Source: Patescibacteria group bacterium UBA5147
GTDB lineage: Bacteria; Patescibacteriota; Saccharimonadia; UBA4664
Assembly: GCA_002415345.1 (NCBI GenBank)
Contig: DHXV01000002.1
Location: 76,155-140,154 of the forward strand
Direction: 5' to 3'
Length of the DNA: 64,000 nucleotides
Shown: one piece after another, positions 60,671 through 64,000 of the stretch
How positions within the stretch are numbered: the first letter of the stretch is position 1
How the letters are laid out: each line of letters begins with the position of its first letter
Notes under the pieces: model-generated
What the model was told of the DNA's origin: nothing
Database searches by the model: none
Seen by the model: only the letters and a program-made list of their open reading frames with translations
Translations under genes and position numbers: made by a program

Positions 60671-61916
60671 TGCTCGGACGAACAACAAACGTCGTTTCGT
60701 CCGTAACACCGTCATTGCCTCCGTTCAAGCAGCTGCGGGTAATCCCGCTCCGCTTCTTAAACTGCTTCGACCGGTAATCGTAATTGGGTTGGCGGTAACG
60801 CTAGGCCTTTCAGCGGCTATCGGTGCGGCATTCGGGGTTGGGATGTCGCTCGCACACGCAGGGAGTGCGGCTAGCGCGAATAGTCAAAGCGGCGCTGCGA
60901 ACTGTCAAACAAAGACTGTTCGAACCGGCGCCCTCCCAACCAGCCTTCCGGTGGTATACCGCCAGATCTTTGTGAAGGCAGCAGCCTCTAAAGGCGCCGA
61001 CGTCAACCTGCTCGCGACCATATTCTGGGTCGAGAACGGTCAACGTTATCCCGATCCTCCATCACCGTATGGTTTGGGGCTTGGGTGGCCCGTATCCGGG
61101 CCAGGTGCCATGGGGCCATTCCAATTCATGCCGGGAACCTGGACAGGTTACGGCGTCGATGGGAATAGTGACGGTGTCGCTGATCCCAATGACCTGACGG
61201 ATGCCGCGTATTCTTCAGCCGCCTATCTTGTGAGTCTTGGCGGCAAGGCCGGGACACCTTTGGGGGATCCAGCAAATCCTCATGCTGCCAGCACGCTTGT
61301 AAAGGTAATGGCATCTTACAATGCCGGCCCGGCCGGCAACTTTGGCAACCCGGAGACTCAACGCTACATTCAACTTGGCGCGGCGCATTACCTGGATCTT
61401 ACCAGTGATCCGCTAGCTAACCCTGGAGCCACTTCGGTGGTGCAAATCTGCACGAATCAGGCACCGTCTGCAGCGCCTGCCCTATCAGTATCTTTACCAA
61501 CGGGCAAATGCGTTGCAGGTATAGACAAGGGTACGGCTGCTACATTTAATGCCAACACCATAACTCTGTGTGAAGTACGCGGAATATTGGTGAACGCATC
61601 GATTGCAAAGCAGATTGACTCTATGGTGGCCGCAGCCGCTAAAGACGGCATCACGCTTGCTGGTAGTGGGTTCCGCAGCTACAGGGAACAGGTAAGATTA
61701 CGAATCCAACATCACTGCGGTGATGTCTACACCGCGTCTTCAAACACCTGCTCGCCACCGACGGCAGTTCCAGGAACGTCGATGCACGAGCAAGGACTGG
61801 CGGTGGACTACAAGCTGTCTGCCGGTGTCTTCAATTGGCTTCAGCAGCACGCTGGCATCTACGGTTTCAAGAATCTGCCATCAGAAACGTGGCATTGGTC
61901 AGTCAACGGGGGCTAG
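60654..61916 (+). CDS. Bifunctional peptidoglycan hydrolase: SLT lytic transglycosylase + VanY/M15B D,D-carboxypeptidase domains (VirB1-like role)
   Basis: Start ATG 60654 with GGAGG RBS, overlapping the upstream stop; N-terminal TM; SLT motifs VENGQ...GPFQFMPGTW...AAYSSAAYL; C-terminal SGFRSYREQ, SMHEQGLAVDY, ETWHW fit VanY/M15B. Confidence 0.65.
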   Translation: MRPPTNARTNNKRRFVRNTVIASVQAAAGNPAPLLKLLRPVIVIGLAVTLGLSAAIGAAFGVGMSLAHAGSAASANSQSGAANCQTKTVRTGALPTSLPVVYRQIFVKAAASKGADVNLLATIFWVENGQRYPDPPSPYGLGLGWPVSGPGAMGPFQFMPGTWTGYGVDGNSDGVADPNDLTDAAYSSAAYLVSLGGKAGTPLGDPANPHAASTLVKVMASYNAGPAGNFGNPETQRYIQLGAAHYLDLTSDPLANPGATSVVQICTNQAPSAAPALSVSLPTGKCVAGIDKGTAATFNANTITLCEVRGILVNASIAKQIDSMVAAAAKDGITLAGSGFRSYREQVRLRIQHHCGDVYTASSNTCSPPTAVPGTSMHEQGLAVDYKLSAGVFNWLQQHAGIYGFKNLPSETWHWSVNGG

Positions 61917-61936
61917 AGCAATCTAGCACTCACTCG

Positions 61937-61983
61937 GGCGTCCGACTCTCTCCTACGATGGAGCAGGGTCGGACGCCTTTTTA
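61937..61983 (+). terminator. Intrinsic terminator after the T4SS-like cluster
   Basis: GGCGTCCGAC-(21 nt)-GTCGGACGCC followed by TTTTTA. Confidence 0.6.
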
Positions 61984-62001
61984 CGTTCTTATTATTTTGT
62001 A

Positions 62002-62030
62002 CAAAGAAAATTGGGGCGCCCGACAGAATC
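62002..62030 (-). terminator. 12-bp perfect hairpin terminator for the minus-strand gene 62055..62558
   Basis: TGGGGCGCCCGA-cagaa-TCGGGCGCCCCA; a T-rich tract follows on the minus strand. Confidence 0.6.
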
Positions 62031-62054
62031 GGGCGCCCCACTTGGGCGAAGCCG

Positions 62055-62558
62055 CTAGAAGCGGACAATGAGGAAATCTCCTGACGAATCGGAGGTAACG
62101 GTAACGCTGGCGCCACGGTCCTTGGCCCAGGTTATGAAGCGGCTGGCATACCCATCCGGGGATGTAACGCCCTGGCCATTGACCGAAATGATGTCAACTT
62201 CAGAGGTCTTGAATTCCCGGATACCTAGCTGGTAATATCTTGCCGCATCTTGCAGCATAGATACTATGGGCTCCCCGATGCAAGCCGTAACGGCTTCGTT
62301 GGCGGCGATATTCGGGACAGTGTGTCCCGCCGAGGCAAGTAGGTTTGGGTCCGCGTGAACGCAGGAAGCCTGTTGTCCCGAATTTTTTGTGTTTGTAGCG
62401 CTCGGAGAACCTTTCGAATCGAAAATAAGTGCGCTGACGGCGGCCAAAATGATAATGGCGACCGTAGCTAAGATTATTATCGTTCGTCGACTGGGCGGAG
62501 TAGTAAAGAGGTGCTGCTGACCGGGCGGTAGGCTCGGCTTCCGTATGTCGAGAGACAT
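62055..62558 (-). CDS. Membrane-anchored extracytoplasmic protein (hypothetical)
   Basis: 167 aa; N-terminal TM IIILATVAIIILAAVSALIF. Confidence 0.4.
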   Translation of the reverse strand: MSLDIRKPSLPPGQQHLFTTPPSRRTIIILATVAIIILAAVSALIFDSKGSPSATNTKNSGQQASCVHADPNLLASAGHTVPNIAANEAVTACIGEPIVSMLQDAARYYQLGIREFKTSEVDIISVNGQGVTSPDGYASRFITWAKDRGASVTVTSDSSGDFLIVRF

Positions 62559-62738
62559 GAATTGTCCTTTCGTAGCCGGTAGCTTATACCTTTATACAAT
62601 GCCTTCACCAAACTATCAAGGGAATGATATCTAATCTGCTCAGCAGTAGTGTAAATCATGATATTGCAAATTGACAGCTTAAGGGTACAATTGACCCTAT
62701 CGCTCCAGTTTGGAGAGTTCTTCGAAAGGATAAATGCC

Positions 62739-63260
62739 ATGTTTACCATTTCTGGAAGCACAATCTTGCTGACTCTGATTGTGTTTGTCATTCTGGCAAT
62801 TGCGGCGTGGATTCTCGCCCGCGGTGCCGGCGACCGTTCTGCTAACCGTCTGCAGGAGCTGATTGAGTACATTGAGCGGACACCCGATATGCGGCGAGTC
62901 ACAAAGGTACGGCGCAAGCAAGGGGTGTATCACCTGGACATCAGTGGGGAAGCGTTTGACGGTGACTGTACATATTCCCCAAGTTGGCTGCTCACAAGTG
63001 AGGTGTGCTATAGCAATAAAGATGGGCTGGAGGTAACGCACCCCATTCGTAGCGGTCGTCAGCAGGAAGATGTCGATACCTTCTTTGCCTCCTTGAATAT
63101 CCCTCACTCTCGGCCACCTCTAGCCGAGACTGTGGCTCAGTTGGATTATGATCGGGACCTCGAGCTCGATCCGGGGTCGAGTACGCCTGACACAGAGGTG
63201 ACATCCTTACCTCAACCTGAAGCCTCACAAGGTGACACAACCGTTTACCCCCGCACCTAA
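62739..63260 (+). CDS. Membrane-anchored hypothetical protein
   Basis: Start at the internal ATG 62739 of ORF 62658; TM ILLTLIVFVILAIAAWIL; acidic/Pro-rich C-terminus. Confidence 0.35.
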   Translation: MFTISGSTILLTLIVFVILAIAAWILARGAGDRSANRLQELIEYIERTPDMRRVTKVRRKQGVYHLDISGEAFDGDCTYSPSWLLTSEVCYSNKDGLEVTHPIRSGRQQEDVDTFFASLNIPHSRPPLAETVAQLDYDRDLELDPGSSTPDTEVTSLPQPEASQGDTTVYPRT

Positions 63261-63281
63261 ACCCACTTAACGTGGGTTCTT

Positions 63282-63764
63282 TTATTGCTTGAGGGTAATA
63301 GGGTTGCCAGATTCGGCCCGTGGAGCAGCGAATTCTATCTTATTATCGGTACCCATCACGACAGTGTAGCCGTTGCCTCCGTAACCCGGTCCGCCGACGG
63401 GATCGGTTGGAATGCTGGCCAGGCCAGTATCGGTTGAAACCAGGTAATTCAGATCGACCAGCTTGGTCTTCTTACACCCGGGGGTCGCCAGTGAACAAAT
63501 CTCCGTCGGGGTCTTTGGCAGAACATACGGCAACGTTTTGTGGCTGACTAGGTAGGTATTAAGGGCACCCTGAAGCTGTTTGAGGTCGGTCACACGCTTG
63601 GCATTTCGACTGACTGGCGTATCCGGGGAAGCTGATTTCACAGGCGCCGCAGTCCGGATATTGGACAAGGCGATAATGGCAATAAAGCTCCCAATCACGA
63701 GGGCGCCATACAAATATAACTTTCGGCGCTGTCGCGCGCGTTTAACATTTTCCCAAGGTTTCAT
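63282..63764 (-). CDS. Membrane-anchored secreted protein (hypothetical; possibly pseudopilin-like)
   Basis: Start ATG 63764 with AAAGGAG RBS; N-terminal [20 protein letters not shown]; Gly/Pro-rich C-terminal half. Confidence 0.35.
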   Translation of the reverse strand: MKPWENVKRARQRRKLYLYGALVIGSFIAIIALSNIRTAAPVKSASPDTPVSRNAKRVTDLKQLQGALNTYLVSHKTLPYVLPKTPTEICSLATPGCKKTKLVDLNYLVSTDTGLASIPTDPVGGPGYGGNGYTVVMGTDNKIEFAAPRAESGNPITLKQ

Positions 63765-63837
63765 AACTCCTTTGTACCATAAGCGACTTGATAAGACGAT
63801 GATACGTAAGCGTAATGGAAAGTGGTATAATTGTGCT

Positions 63838-64000
63838 ATGAACACTCCCAACGACACCATATACGACCTGATTATCATTGGAGCCGGGCCTACGGGTCTT
63901 GCGGCGGCCATTTATGCCTCGCGCGAGGGGATGTCGACGCTGGTTATTGAAAAGGGCATCATCGGCGGCATGGCGGCTATTACCGATGTCATCGATAATT
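63838..64000 (+). CDS. Thioredoxin-disulfide reductase-like FAD oxidoreductase, N-terminus only (truncated by window end)
   Basis: [40 protein letters not shown] is a Rossmann FAD-binding motif; the gene runs off the window. Confidence 0.55.
   Translation, partial: MNTPNDTIYDLIIIGAGPTGLAAAIYASREGMSTLVIEKGIIGGMAAITDVIDN

Overview
Chromosomal segment of a moderately GC-rich bacterium with a reduced ribosomal gene set: no L30 gene between rpsE and rplO, and no adk/map between secY and infA. I infer a CPR/Saccharibacteria-like lineage from this; the taxonomy is not proven. The conserved translation genes are arranged unusually. fusA and tuf each have their own sigma70-like promoter and intrinsic terminator, have no rpsL-rpsG upstream, and are separated by a ~700 nt GC-rich structured spacer with no ORF. 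rpsJ stands alone with its own promoter and terminator. About 8.8 kb of stress and maintenance genes (SpoT-like HD hydrolase, ASCH, DinB-like, DsbA-like, RarA, a Cys-rich Zn-ribbon protein, DJ-1/PfpI) lie between rpsJ and a separately promoted rplC...rplO-secY-infA-rpmJ-rpsM-rpsK-rpsD-rpoA-rplQ-rplM-rpsI block (16.1-30.1 kb). Next come an RCK-domain K+ channel, an RluA-family pseudouridine synthase, holB, a TPR protein, a tRNA cluster (Thr-Tyr-Thr), a PspC-domain protein, rpmG and tRNA-Trp. Everything downstream of tRNA-Trp (34.6-63.8 kb) looks accessory. It holds two large secreted beta-propeller + SGNH/GDSL hydrolases and a PLD/HKD nuclease with a translationally coupled small acidic ORF. 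It also holds a P-loop NTPase, a SHOCT membrane protein, a Thr-rich Ig-like surface protein, an RRM RNA-binding protein, and a polytopic membrane protein followed by two tandem peptidoglycan hydrolase genes. These two hydrolase genes share a 241-bp near-identical 5' module (an SLT lytic transglycosylase and an M15 peptidase). Finally there is a type IV secretion-like cluster (51.0-61.9 kb) with no recognisable relaxase or coupling protein. The cluster starts with a strong promoter and a ~175 nt leader. It encodes an unusual ParA/MinD-like ATPase-TM-Pro/Ser/Thr linker-LysM protein, a VirB3-like protein, a VirB4-like ATPase, a VirB6-like polytopic protein, two membrane-anchored extracytoplasmic proteins, and a fused SLT+M15 peptidoglycan hydrolase. 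No CRISPR array, rRNA or transposase was recognised.
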